Origin: Felis catus
Taxonomy: Eukaryota
Direction of reading: 5' to 3'
DNA: 64,000 bases
Assembly: GCF_018350175.1 (NCBI RefSeq)
Contig: NC_058368.1
Span: 139,130,001 to 139,194,000 of the forward strand
The notes below the pieces were generated by a model that was not told the DNA's origin, did not search any database, and saw only the letters and a list, made by a program, of their open reading frames with translations. Both the position numbers and the translations under genes were made by a program. Of this stretch, positions 11,196 to 23,914 are shown one piece after another (position 1 is the first letter of the stretch; each line of letters begins with the position of its first letter).

Positions 11196-11490
11196 ATTGA
11201 GAATTACCCTTTGATCTCTTGATGCCTATTCCATGCTGATATCTGGGTTTACTTCTTACCTACCAACACCTACCAGAATGTTAGATTCTTATGGGCTATT
11301 ATTCTAGGTCCTCTTATTATTAGTAACCCAAATGTTAATACATAACAAAAATTCAAACTTTAGAAAAGAGGGTCTGTTACTAGAGAGGTCGCATTACAAT
11401 ATACCATAACTCTGGACTGTAAGACACAACCATCAATAGGCACTTTTTTAAGCTGGACACATGTTCAAACTGAAAACCTGTAATTCTTAC

Positions 11491-11619
11491 CAGTAATTTT
11501 AAGCGTTTCTCTCTGTAATGCTCTGGTGACTGGTATTCGCTGGTACCAGTGTCCAACACCTTCAACTTCCCAGAGGAGTTCATGATCTCCTGGATACTTT
11601 TCAAAGTACTGCTTGCAAG
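11491..11619 (-). CDS. FAM169A: FAM169A exon 7, 129 nt: (A)CKQYFEKYPGDHELLWEVEGVGHWYQRIPVTRALQRETLKIT(A)
   Basis: Manual translation; acceptor TTTTTCAG|CT, donor CTG|GTAAGA. Confidence 0.95.
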
Positions 11620-11827
11620 CTGAAAAATACATTTAGAATTTTCTAGAAATCCCTAATATCAATTGTTTTGGAGAACAGAAAGAAGGGAAAGCTGCTACAC
11701 TCACTTAAAAAGGCTAAGACAACTCAAGAAAATCACACAGCAGTCTCATTTACGAAAACTTTAACATGATCAAAAAATAAAAATCCTGATAAAAGATAGG
11801 TTTCTAAAAAAAAAAAAAAAAAGATGC

Positions 11828-13611
11828 GTTTCTAGTAAGAAGTTGCTACAGCCAAGGTCAAAGAGGTTTTTGCCTGCTTTCTCCAATAGCATTTTGATGG
11901 CTTCCTGTCTTACATTTAGGTCTTTCATTCATTTTGAGTTTATTTTTTGTGTATGCTGTGAGAGAGTGGTTCAAGTTCATTCTTCTGTATGTCGCTGTCC
12001 AGTTTTCCCAAATGGGAAAGTTGCTAAAGAAACTCTTGCTAAAGAAACTCTTTTTTCCCATTGGATATTCCTTCCTGCTTCATCAAAGATTAGTTGGTCA
12101 TAGGTTTGTGAGTCCATTTCTGGGTTCTCGATTCTGTTCCATTGATCTGTGTGCCTGTTTTTGTGGCAGTACCATACTGTCTTGATGACGGCAGCTTTGT
12201 AATACATCTTGAAGTCCAGAATTATGATGCCTCCAGCTTTGGTTTTGGCTGTCTGAGTCTTTTCTGGTTTTAGAATGGTTTGTTCTAGCTCTGTGAAGAA
12301 TGCTGGCGTTATTTTGATAGGAACTGCATTGAATGTGTAGATTGCTTTGGGTGGTATAGACACTTTAACAATATTTGTTCTTCCAAATCCATGAGTATGG
12401 AATGTTATTCCATTTCTTTTCTTGTATTTCTTTCATGAGCTTTCTATAGCTTTCAGCATAAAGATCTTGTACCTCTTTGGTTAGGTTCATTCCTAGGTAC
12501 CTCATGGTTTTTCGTACAATTGTAACTGGGATGGATTCCTTGATTTCTCTTTCTGCTGCTTTCATTATTGGTGTATAGAAATGCAACCAATTTCTGTACA
12601 TTGATTTTATATCCTGCAACTTTGCTGAATTCATGTATCAGTTCTAGCAGTCTTTTGATGGGGTCTTTCATGTTCTCCATATAGAGTATCATGTCATCTA
12701 GAAGAGTGAAAGTTTTGACTTCTTCCTTGCTGATCTGGATGCCTTTTATTTCTTTTTGTTGTCTGATTGCTAAGGCTAGGATTTCCAACACTATGCTGAA
12801 AAACAATGGTGAGAGTGGACATCCCTGTCGTGTTCCTGGCCTTAGAGGGAAAGTTCTCAGTTTTTCCCTATTGAGGATATTAGCTGTTGGTCTTTTGTCT
12901 ATGGCCTTTATGATCTCGAGGTATGTTCCTTCTGTCCCTACTTTGATGGCTTTTATCAAAAAAGGATGCTATAATTTGTCAAATGCTTTTTCTGAATCTA
13001 TGGAGAGGATCATTTGGTACTTACCAGTTTTTTTCATTAATGTGATATATCACATTGGTTGATGTGCAGATATTGAACCAGCCCTGCAGCCCAAGAATAA
13101 ATTCCACTGGATTGTGGTGAATCATTCTTTTAATGTATTGTTGAATTTGATCTGCTAGTATCTTGTTGAGAATTTTTGCATGCATTTCCATCAGGGAAAT
13201 TGGTCTGTAATTCTCCTTTTTAGTGGGGTCTTTGGTTTTGGAATTAAGAGAATGCTGGCCTCATAGAATGAGTTTGGAAGTTTTCCTTTCCATTTCTATT
13301 TTTTGGAACAGCTTCAAAACAATAGGTATTAACTCTTCTTTGAATGTTTGGTAGAACTCCCTTGGGAAGCCATCCAGCTCTGGACTCTGACTTGTTGGGA
13401 GAGTTTTGATTAATGATTCCACTTCTTTACTACTTACGGGTCTGTTAAAATTTTCTACTTCCTCCTGTTTCAGTTTTGGTAGTTTGTAAGTTTCTAGGAA
13501 TTTGTTCATTTCTTCCAGACTGCCCGAATTGTTGGCATATAATTGTTTATAATATTCTTATTATTGTATTTATTTCTGCAGTGTTGGTTGTGATCTCTCC
13601 TCTTTCATTCG
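11828..13611 (-). mobile_element. L1 ORF2 (reverse transcriptase region); inverted 5' part of a twin-primed insertion
   Basis: Minus-strand ORFs with [13 protein letters not shown] and DDMILY (degenerate YADD-type RT motif), IENPE, etc.; frameshifted. Confidence 0.93.
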
Positions 13612-14340
13612 TCCACAGAAACTTCTTACTAGACATGTCTCCAGAAGTAAGGGAAACAAAAGCAAAAATGAACTATTGGGACCTCATCAAGATAAAAAGC
13701 TTCTGCACAGCCAAGGAAACAATCAACAGAAATAAAAGGCAGCCTATGGAATGGGAGAAGATATCTGCAAATGGCTTATCAGAATACAAGGCTAGTATCC
13801 AAAATCTATAACGAACTTATCAAACTCCACACCCCAAAAAAACAAATAATCCAGTGAAGAAATGGGCAAAAGACATCAACAGACACTTCTCCAAAGAAGA
13901 CATCCAGGTGACTAAGAGACACAGGAAAAAATGCTCAACATCATCAGAGAAATACGTATCAAAACCACAATGAGCTACCATGTCACACCTGTTAAATGGC
14001 TTAATATTAACAACTCAGGAAACAAGAGATGTTGGCGAGCATGTGGAGAAGGGGAATCCTTTTGCACTGCTGGTGGGAATGCAAAGTGGGGCAGCCACTC
14101 TGGAAAACAGCATGGAGGTTCTTCAAAAAATTAAAAATAAAACTACCCTATGACCCAGCAAGTGCACTACTAGGTATTTAGCCAAGGATACAGAAATGCT
14201 GATTCAAAGGGGCACATACACCTTTCAAATGCACCCCAATGTTTACAGCAGCACTATCAACAATAGCCAAATGACGGAAAGAGCCCAAATGCCCACTGAC
14301 TGGTGAAGGGACAAAGAAGGTGCACGCGCGCGCGCGCGCA

Positions 14341-14382
<42 letters not shown>

Positions 14383-14830
14383 AATACTACTCAGCAATGA
14401 AAAGAATGAAATCTTGCCATTTACAACAACGTAGATGGAACCAGAGTTTATTATACTAAGCAAAATAAGTCAGATAAAGATAAATATCATATGGTATCAC
14501 TCATGTGGAATTTAAGAGACAAAACAGATGAACATGGGGAAGGGAAGCAAAAATAAGATAAAAACAGAGAGGGAGAGACAAACGACATGAGACTCTCAAA
14601 TACAGAGAACTGAGGACTGGTGAAGGGGTGCTGCGAGGGGGGAATGGGCCAAATGGGGGATGGGCATTAAGGAGGGCACTCATTGGGATGACCCCTGGGT
14701 ATTATATGTAATGGATGAATCACTAAATTCTACTTCTGAAACCACTGTTACACCGTATGTTAACTAGGATTTAAATAAAATTTAAAAACAAAAATAAAAC
14801 AGTAGAAATAGAAAAAATGAGAAAACAATG
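13612..14830 (+). mobile_element. L1 ORF2 C-terminus, carnivore-type 3'UTR and A-rich tail; non-inverted part of the same insertion
   Basis: WDLIKIKSFCTAKETI motif; 3'UTR similar to other L1 3' ends in the window; A-rich tail from ~14773. Confidence 0.92.
14320..14380. repeat. (CG)n(CA)n alternating purine-pyrimidine tract inside L1
   Basis: Read directly. Confidence 0.93.
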
Positions 14831-15343
14831 CCTCACCCCCCGCCCCAAAATAAGATGCACATCACTTAAGGAAAAAATTACTAAATGTTACTAGAGGGCA
14901 TAAAATTAAAACAAAAGGATTATTAAACTCAACAGTGTAAAACCACCAATTATTCAGTAAATTCTATGCAATTTAAAACAAATTCCCAACAAGTTTATTT
15001 TTTAGGAAAACTTTTCAAGAACTCGATCCCAAATTCAAAATGAAAGAACAAAGGGTTAAGAAAGGATATGGAAGAAAAGGAGGGGGAAAAAATTAAAATA
15101 CTAGGGGGAAACACCCACCAGGAAAAAACCACACATATTTTAAAAACTTGGCAAATGATAGAGAAGGTATTACATCTCAGGGGGGAACAGATAAACTATC
15201 AAAATAGTAATGCTAGAACAAAAATCCATACAGAAGAAAATAAAAGTCAGATCTTGACCTCACATCGATACCATTCATATCATTAAATTCTAGATGGATT
15301 CTTAGACCTATTAAGAAAAGCAAAATGTTTAAAAGAAGACCTA

Positions 15344-17128
15344 GGGGCGCCTGGGTGGCGCAGTCGGTTAAGCGTCCGACTTCAGCCAGCTCACGATCTC
15401 GCGGTCCGTGAGTTCGAGCCCCGCGTCGGGCTCTGGGCTGATGGCTCAGAGCCTGGAGCCTGTTTCCGATTCTGTGTTTCCCTCTCTCTCTGCCCCTCCC
15501 CCGTTCATGCTCTGTCTTTCTCTGTCCCAAAAATAAATAAACGTTGAAAAAAAATTATTAAAAGAAGATCTAACAGGAGGGCCCCTGCTGGCTCAGTCAG
15601 AAGAGCATGTGACTCTTGATCTTGGGGTCACCAGTTTGAGTCCTACGCTGGGTGCAGAGATTAAATAAAACTTTTAAAAAATACAAAAGAAAAACAAATA
15701 CAAAAGAAAACATAAGAGAATACCTCTGGGACATTACAGTGCTAAACAATTTCTCATGAAAGATTAAAAAAAATCACAATCGATAATGAAATATTATGAT
15801 AAAGTTTAAAACTTTTATCAGCAACAATGCAACAGAACTTTCTACAATAATGGAAACGTCTTGGGGCGCCTGGGTGGCTCAGCTGGTTGAGTGTCTGACT
15901 TGGGCTCAGATCATGATCTCGCGGTTTGTGAGCTTGAGCCCTGCATCCATCGAGCTCTGTACTGACAGCTCAAAGCCTGGAGCCTGCTTTGGATTCTGTG
16001 CCTCCCTCTCTCTCTGCCCCTCCCCGACTTGTACTCTGTCTCTCTCAAAAATAAATAAAAATAAATAAACATTAAAAAATGTTTTTAAAAAGTAATAATG
16101 GAAATGGCTTATGTCATCACAGTGAATACAGTAGCCACTACTAGTCCCATGAGGCTACTGAGGAACTGAATGTATAATCCCTTTTAACTTTAACTAAATT
16201 GAAACTATATTTAATTTATATTAGTGACTGCTTTACTGGACATCATAGTTTTATATTAAAAACATACCATAAAGACAAAGATTAGGAGATCTTCAGAATA
16301 AAACAAAGGGTTAGTATTCTAAGCATATTTCAAATAAATCCTAAAATCGAATTAGAAAGATAAAATGATCCCAGAGAGAAATTGGTAGAGGCTATGAATA
16401 GGTTATTCACACATAATGCAAACTGAAAGATCACTTAACAAAAGAAGGTAACCTCACTAGCTGCCAAGGAAATGCAAGATGAAACAGTAAGACACCATTT
16501 TCACACCCATCAGATAATAACAAGCATCCAAAGAATAAGGAAAATGGAAACTCCCACACTCTGCTGGTGTGAGAACAATTTTGCAATAGTAAAGTGGGAA
16601 AGATGTGTTTTATGCTCCAATTCTACTTCTGGATATGCACCCTAAAGACTTACACATATGCGCAAGAAGTCATTTATAATATTCACTACAGGACTGTTTT
16701 TAAACAGGGGTGGGAGGTACAACCTAAGTGCCCATCACTAAGGGATACATGAATAAAATAGTATGTATACAGTAAAATACTATGCAGCAACTACAACAAA
16801 CTACAGCTATGTGGATCAACATTGATAAATGTATAAAAAAGATCAGTAAAAAAGCAAGTGAGTATAGGTGCAAAATGATGTCATTTATATGAAGTTTTAA
16901 AAACATACTGGAGCACCTGGGTGGCTCAGTCAGTTAAGCGTCCGATTTCGGTTCAGGTCATTATGTCACAGTTTGTGAGTTTGAGCCCCACTTTGGGCTC
17001 TGTGCTGACAGCTCGGAGCCTGGAGCCTGCTTCGGATTCTGTGTCTCCTTCTCTCTCTGCCCCTCGCCCGCTTGTACTCTGACTCTCTCTCTCTCTCAGG
17101 AATAAATAAACTCAAAAAAAAAAAAAAC
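15344..17128 (+). mobile_element. Four CanSINEs (15344-15558 young, 15576-15680 short, 15863-16090, 16910-17128) within older repeats
   Basis: Heads and tails read directly. Confidence 0.88.
15830..16250 (+). mobile_element. MER3-like hAT remnant split by the SINE at 15863
   Basis: agaactttctacaataatggaaa ... cagtagccactactagtcccatgaggctactgag. Confidence 0.6.
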
Positions 17129-17129
17129 C

Positions 17130-17640
17130 ATTAAACAAAATGATACAGCCTCTGTGGGAAACAATTTGGCAAATCCTCAAAAAGTTAAACACAGAATTAT
17201 CATATAACCCAACAATTCCACTCTCAGCTACATACCCAAAGAATAGAAAGCAGGGACTCAAACACACATCTATCTGTACACCAATGTGTATGGACAGCAT
17301 TATTCATAGCACCCAAAAGGTAAAACAATCCAAGTGTCATCAAAAGACGAATGGATGAATAAATGAAATGTGACATATTCATACAATAAAAATATACTCC
17401 GCCATATAAAAGGAATGAAATTTTGATACATGCTACAAGGATGGCCCTTAAACACTACGCTAAGGGAAATAACACAGACACAGAACATATACCGTATGAT
17501 TCCACTTCTATGCAGTAACTAGAATAGGCAAATTCAGACAGAGAGTGAATGTGACTAATGCCACTGAATTGTATATACACAAATAGTTCAAATGACAAAT
17601 ATTATGTTATATATATTTTAGCCCCAAAAAACTTAAAATT
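17130..17640 (+). mobile_element. Older L1M-type 3' end
   Basis: ttatcatataacccaacaattccactc...atgattccacttctatg motifs of L1M 3' ends. Confidence 0.7.
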
Positions 17641-17659
17641 TTTTTAAATAAAAAAGCAA

Positions 17660-18332
17660 GGGGCTCCTAGGTGGCTCAGTTGGTTATGCATTGAAATTCA
17701 GCTCAGGTCATGATCCCACAGTTCGTGAGTTCAAGCCTTGCTTCAGATGAGCCCTGCTTCTCTCTCTCTCTACCCCTTCTCTGCCCCTTGTGGGATTCCC
17801 TCTCCTTCCCTCCCTCTCTACCCCTCACTCCCTTGAGCGCGCTGTCTCTCAAAAATAAAAAAATATGGGGCGCCTGGGTGGCGCAGTTGGTTAAGCGTCC
17901 GACTTCAGCCAGGTCACGATCTCGCGGTCTGTGAGTTCGAGCCCCGCGTCGGGCTCTGGGCTGATGGCTCAGAGCCTGGAGCCTGTTTCTGATTCTGTGT
18001 CTCCCTCTCTCTCTGCCCTTCCCCCGTTCATGCTCTGTCTCTCTCTGTCCCAAAAATAAATAAACGTTGAAAAAAAAAATTAAAAAAAAAATAAATAAAT
18101 AAATAGGGGCACCTGGGTGGCTCATTCAGTTAAGGGTCTGACTTCAGCTCAGGTCATGATCTCACGGCTTTTGAGTTTCAGCCCGTGTCAGGCTCTATGC
18201 TGACAGCTCAGAGCCTGAAGCCTGCTTAGGATTCTGAGTCTTCCTCTCTCTCTCTCTCTGCTGCTCCTCCCATCTTGCTCGCTCTCACGCGCTCTCTCTC
18301 CCTCAAAAATAAGTAACACATTAAAAAAAAAT
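17660..18332 (+). mobile_element. Head-to-tail stack of three CanSINEs (starts 17660, 17867, 18106)
   Basis: Each begins in the A-tail of the previous one. Confidence 0.92.
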
Positions 18333-19234
18333 TTCAGCTGCATATATTTTTTAAATAAATAAAAGAAAATAGCAAACTAAATGATGCCTTATGGTGTTTA
18401 TGGTCACGGATCTAAGTATGAAACTTAGAACAGGAAGGATATACACCAACTTCAGGAACACTATTATCACTGGGGAGAAAAGAAGGGGGAATGGGATTAC
18501 GGAGGGGTCCAAAGAGACCAGCAACTGTATCTACAAGATTTTATTTAGTTCTCCCTACAAGTTAATAAAAACAACAAGGCAAAACCTTAACAACTGTTAA
18601 TCTGGATAATGGATACATTGACACTAGGATACTATTGTCTCATTTTTTTTTTCCTGTATATTTGAAAATGTTTCTCACATTTTCTGGTTTCAGTTTCTTC
18701 TATACCTATGAGAAAGAAGAAGCCAGAGAAAACAAGCACAAGAGGCCACAGTGATCATCTGTCTGAATTTAAATGACTAAATGACTAAATGACTAAAATA
18801 CTGTGTAAGCATTACACAGTAAGTATGAGGTCCAAAAGGAGTACTTTACAAAGGGTGACTAGACTTGAAGGTCCCAGTTCAGATCTGTCTGGCCAGAGTC
18901 AGAAAGAGAACTCTCACACTAATGTCATTCAGCTAAATAATACAGAAGGTATGTGCCCACAACAAAGAACATCTATCAACTAAGCAGCATTAGCTATTCC
19001 TTAACAAGTTTTGAAGACTTCTTCCTCTTACTGACATTCTATATGCAGCACTAATTCATTCAGCCTTGCAATAACATTCTTTTAAAGCATAAGCTTTATA
19101 ATATGGACCCTACAATTCTCCACAGATATTCCCCAATGCTAAATGTCTCCCAACTATTTTAACCTTCTTTGCCTCACAGAATCTTTTCACAGCCATTTAT
19201 TCAGCACATTCATTCCATGCAAAGAACTAGACCG

Positions 19235-19275
19235 AGTGGTGTTACAAAAAGTGGTGTTACAAAAGTGGTGTTACA
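19235..19275. repeat. agtggtgttacaaa(a) x3
   Basis: Read directly. Confidence 0.8.
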
Positions 19276-19817
19276 TACATACAATTTATGCACAACGAAC
19301 TCAGCATCTAAACTGTTGTTAAAATAAAAACTCAGAAGAAATAGAAGATAAGGTACTTAGAAGGTACTTAAGAAGTATAAGAACACTACACGTAAAGCAT
19401 CACAAGACTTAGAGGAGGAAAGATATATTTTTGTTGGGCAGCGATCAGGCAAGGCTTTCAGCCTGGGCCCTAACAAAGAGGCAGATTCCAGAAAACTCAG
19501 GATAATTAACTCCAGAGTTATTACGAATTTACTGATGTGGATGGGTACAAAATTAATACAAATCATATCTTTCATATTTATAACGACTAGTGAGAAGAAA
19601 TAATGTAAGAAAACACAACATCTATAATAGCAACAAAAAAGATAAAATTCCTAAACATACACATTTTTTTCCTATGTTAGTTCTAAGAACTGTATGGAGA
19701 ATATATACATGCTAACTGGTTTGAACAAAATCCTACAGTTGTACATATTACACAATAATAATATGTTGGATAGAAGAAAAACAACAGTCAATTCTCCATA
19801 AGCTAACATGCAAAGGT

Positions 19818-21535
19818 TTTGTTTTGTTTTGACATTTTTAAAAATTCTAATTCCAGGGTAGTGAACATACAGTGTTAAATCAGTTTCAGGCGTACGACAG
19901 TTGAATGTATAGATTCACTTGGGCTGCTTATCCATAGTTTGGCTATTGTAAATAATGCTGCAATAAACACAGGGGTGCATATATTGCTTCCAATTAGTGT
20001 TTTAATAGCCTCTGGGTAAATACCCAGTAGTGTGATTACTAGATCATAAGGTAGTTCTATTTTTAATTTTTTGAATAACTCCATTCTGTTTCCACAGTTT
20101 GCATCAGTTTGCATTCCCACCAACAGTGCAAGAGAGTTCCCCTTTCTTCACATCCTTGCCAAAATTGGTTGTTTCTGGATTTTAGCCACTCTGACAGGTA
20201 TGAGGTGGTACCTCACTGTGGTTTTGATTTGCATTTCCTTAATGATGACTGATGTTGATCATCTTTTTATGTGTCTGTTGTCCATCTGGACATCTTCTTT
20301 GGAGAAATGTCGGTTCATGTCTTCTGCCCACTGCAAATTGGATCATTTGTTTTTTCCGTGTTGAGTTGTATCAGTTCTTTATATATTTTATATACTACAA
20401 CCCTTCACCAAATAGGTCATTTGGAAATATCTTCTCCCATTCTGCAGGCTGTCTTTTCATTCTCCTGTGTTATTTCCTTTGTGGTGCTGTGCAGCAACTT
20501 TTCATTTTTATTTTTGCTTTTGTTTCCCCTGCCTCAGGAGACCTATCTTGAAGGATGTTGTTAAGATTGATGTCTGAGAAATTATTGCCTGTGTCCTTTT
20601 CCGGGATATTTATGGTTTCAGTTCTCACATTAGGTCCTTGATCCATTTTGGGAGTATGGTGTATAAAGGGTCCAGTTCCATTCTTTTGCATGATGCTGTC
20701 CAGTTTTCCTAACACCACTTGTTGAAAAGAGTTTTTTCCCCGTTGCACATTCTTGCCTCCTTTTCAAAGATTAACTGACCATATAATTATGTGTTTATTT
20801 CTGGGCTTCCTATTCTGTTCTATTTGATCTACAGGTCTGTTTTTGTGCCAGTACCATGCTGTATTGGTTACTACAGCTTTATAGTATATTTTGATATCTG
20901 GGACTGTGATACCTCCAGCTTTACTTTTCCTTTTTAAGGTTGCTGTGACTATGGGACGACTTTCATGGTTCCATACAAATTTTACAATTGCCTGTTTTAG
21001 TCATGTGAAAAATGCTATTGGTATTTTGATAAGGATTGCATTTAAATCTGTAGATTGCTTTAGGTAGTATGGACCTTTTAACAATATTTCTTCTTCCTGT
21101 CCATGAGCATGGAATGTCTTTCCATTTCTTTGTGTTCTCTTCAATTTCTTCCATCAGTGTTTTATAGTTTTCAGAGTGCAGATATTTCACCTCTTTGGTT
21201 AGGTTTATTCCTAGGTATTTTATTATTTTTGGTGCCACTGTAAATGGGATTATTTTCTTAATTTCTCTTTCTGCTGCTTCCTTATTAGTGTATAGAATTG
21301 CAACAGACTTCTGCAAACTGATTTTGTATCCTGCAACTTTACTGAATTCATTTATTAGTTCTAATAGTTTTGGTGTTTATTTATTTATTTTTTTTAAGAT
21401 TTTACTTTTAAGTAATCTCTACACCCATCATGAGGCCCCAACTTACAACCCCTGAGATCAAAAGTCGCAGGCTCCATTGACTGAGCAGACAGGCACCCCT
21501 ATCAAATCTAACAGTTTTTGGGGGAGTCTTTAGGG
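19818..21535 (-). mobile_element. L1 (ORF2 3' half and 3' end, with internal deletions) carrying a short SINE at ~21385-21500
   Basis: ORF 20963..21316 [11 protein letters not shown]...WKDIPCSW; T-rich tail at the left end. Confidence 0.9.
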
Positions 21536-21809
21536 GCTAATCTGTAAATATAAAAGTAATCCCAATAACATCCCAACAGAATTCTGTTTTTCATCTAGTA
21601 AACAGATTCGCAAGTCCACACAGGGAAACAAATAAGCAAGGTCAGACATATTAAATGGGGGAGACTAGTCTTTTTAGATGCTCAAAAGCTAAAATAAATA
21701 CAACAGTGAGGTAATGGAACTTAAAAGATAACAGAAATGAATAAGCAAATAAGAAATCTACACAAATATATACACACACAAAAATTTAACGTATGCTATA
21801 CATGAAAAC

Positions 21810-22025
21810 TTAGTGAACTTTTTGTTAAAGGGACAGGTAATAAATATTTTAAGCTTACAGGCAATATAGGCACTGTCATATTGTCAATATGGGCACTAAC
21901 CAATTCTGATGTTTTAGTGCAAAAGAAGCCGAAGACATTATGTAAATGAAGGAACATGGCTGTGTTCCAATAAAACTTTATTTCTAAAGACAATTAGGTC
22001 AATGGACCATTGTCTTCTAACCTGA
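21810..22025 (+). mobile_element. MER58-like hAT-Charlie remnant
   Basis: aaagggacaggtaataaatatttta...ggctgtgttccaataaaactttattt matches the recalled MER58A core. Confidence 0.75.
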
Positions 22026-22729
22026 TACAGACATAAATGCCAAACACTGCAAAAAAAAATAAATTATTCAATAAATGAGACTAGAGCAACCACATACCTG
22101 TCACGTAAAATAAAGTTGGATCTATACCTCACACGGTACCCAGGATAAATTCCAAATGAATAAAAGATACAGGAGACTTTATTTAATCCATGTCTTTAGG
22201 AATGGGTACATGCTACAGTATTGTGTAAATCAGCTCCTCATAGTTAGCTAATCATCTACTCTAGCTTGCCCATCCATACTTGGCACTCATTACCTATATG
22301 CAGAATGAAAATTATCTTTCTAAAGCTTACAATGTCAAACACTATAATATTTCCTATATCATTAAAAATATTCATGGAAACAAGTGAAGATCATCAAAAA
22401 TATTGGACACGGAGCATCATCAAGGAACTACTAATTACATTGAAAGAGAAAACCAAATGGAAATCCAAGTTCTTCAAATTTAATAAGCATGCTATAAGAT
22501 AGACAGGAAGACCAAGAAATAGAAAATGGAGATGCCACTTAGTCTAAAATTTTCTATTTTCAATGTACTCCTTTATTTTCACATTTCAAAGAGTCTTATT
22601 CACAAAATTATACAAATGACATCAACAAAATATTATTGGGCAATTTCTGCCTAAAGTGAAGGATAACTAAAGCTCCCTAAGACTTTTTGCAAAAATAGAC
22701 ATGCACCTATAATTCATTTGGTATTCAAT

Positions 22730-23220
22730 TTATCATAATCAAGGCATTATTCATAACGACGAAAAAGTGGAAACAACCCAAAAGCCAATCAACGGATGAT
22801 GGATAAACAAAATGTGGCATATCCATAAAATGGACTATTATTCATCCATAAAAACAAATTAACCACTGACTCATGCTACGCCATGGATGAACCTTAAAAA
22901 ATTTTAAGCACAATAAAAGAAGCCAGACACAAAGGGCTTGTAATTTAATCATATCCCATGATTACATTTGTATGAAATGTCCAGAATAGGTAAATCCATA
23001 GAGAACGAAAATGGATTAGTGGCTGCTAGGGATGAAGGAATGGAGGAATGAAGAGTGACCACTAACTAGTGCAGGGGTTTTTTTTGGAATAATGAGAATG
23101 TTCTGGAATTAGATAGTGGTTATGGTTGTACAGCTATGACTATAATAAAAGCCACTGAATTGTATATTTTAAGAGGATGAATTTTATGGTATGTGAATTA
23201 TATTTCAACTTTTTAAAAAA
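22730..23220 (+). mobile_element. Older L1M-type 3' end
   Basis: ggataaacaaaatgtgg...gaattagatagtggttatggttgtacagc motifs. Confidence 0.75.
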
Positions 23221-23401
23221 GCTCCCACACTTCCAAAAAGCCATTACATGAAATAAGGACATATTTGTAAAATGAAGCCCTATGGAGCCAAAGAATCCAA
23301 ATTTATTTAATACTTACTCATATATGCACATTTACAATATTCTGCAGAAACAACTCAGAAGTGACACTGAGACAAGTTTACCATTTTTTAACTTAATTTA
23401 C

Positions 23402-23581
23402 CTGTGTACATTAGAGAGGAGAGTGGATACCGCAAGCCAAGTGCATCTTCTGTAAAGGAATCAACAAAGTCCTCCAGCATTTGAAGCCCAAAATCTTTGC
23501 CTCGATACTTCTTTCTTACAAACATTGTATCAAGGACTGGCAGTTGGTAGCTTTGGGTAAGAAATGAGGCACATACACTTC
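23402..23581 (-). CDS. FAM169A: FAM169A exon 6, 180 nt: (G)SVCASFLTQSYQLPVLDTMFVRKKYRGKDFGLQMLEDFVDSFTEDALGLRYPLSSLMYT(A)
   Basis: ORF track 23388..23609; acceptor CTACAG|GA, donor CAG|GTAAAT. Confidence 0.96.
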
Positions 23582-23914
23582 CTGTAGTCATAAAACAGAA
23601 ACCCAACAATTTTTCACATTAAAAGGCCAAATATGTACATACATTTAAAGAACATGAGTCAACAGTCTTTCTAGAAATGGTTAGTTTTTTACTACATCAA
23701 GAAGAATGTTAAATAAATGGATCAATTTCATAATATAAAATCCTTTCCAGCTGCTATTACACATCAAAAAGTATATATGTGATAATGAGAAGAGCTATGT
23801 ATTTTGTTTGCCAACAGTATCACCTAACACAAGTAACTATTCTTTCTCATTTTATGAGCTATATACTAGAATATGCATCTCTGTAGACTTGCACAACTTT
23901 AAAACTCATCAATT

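Noticed and set aside
12453..12959. Reverse-transcriptase-like ORF as a novel RT system
   Set aside because: Ordinary L1 ORF2 remnant, frameshifted, 5'-truncated, with a degenerate catalytic motif.
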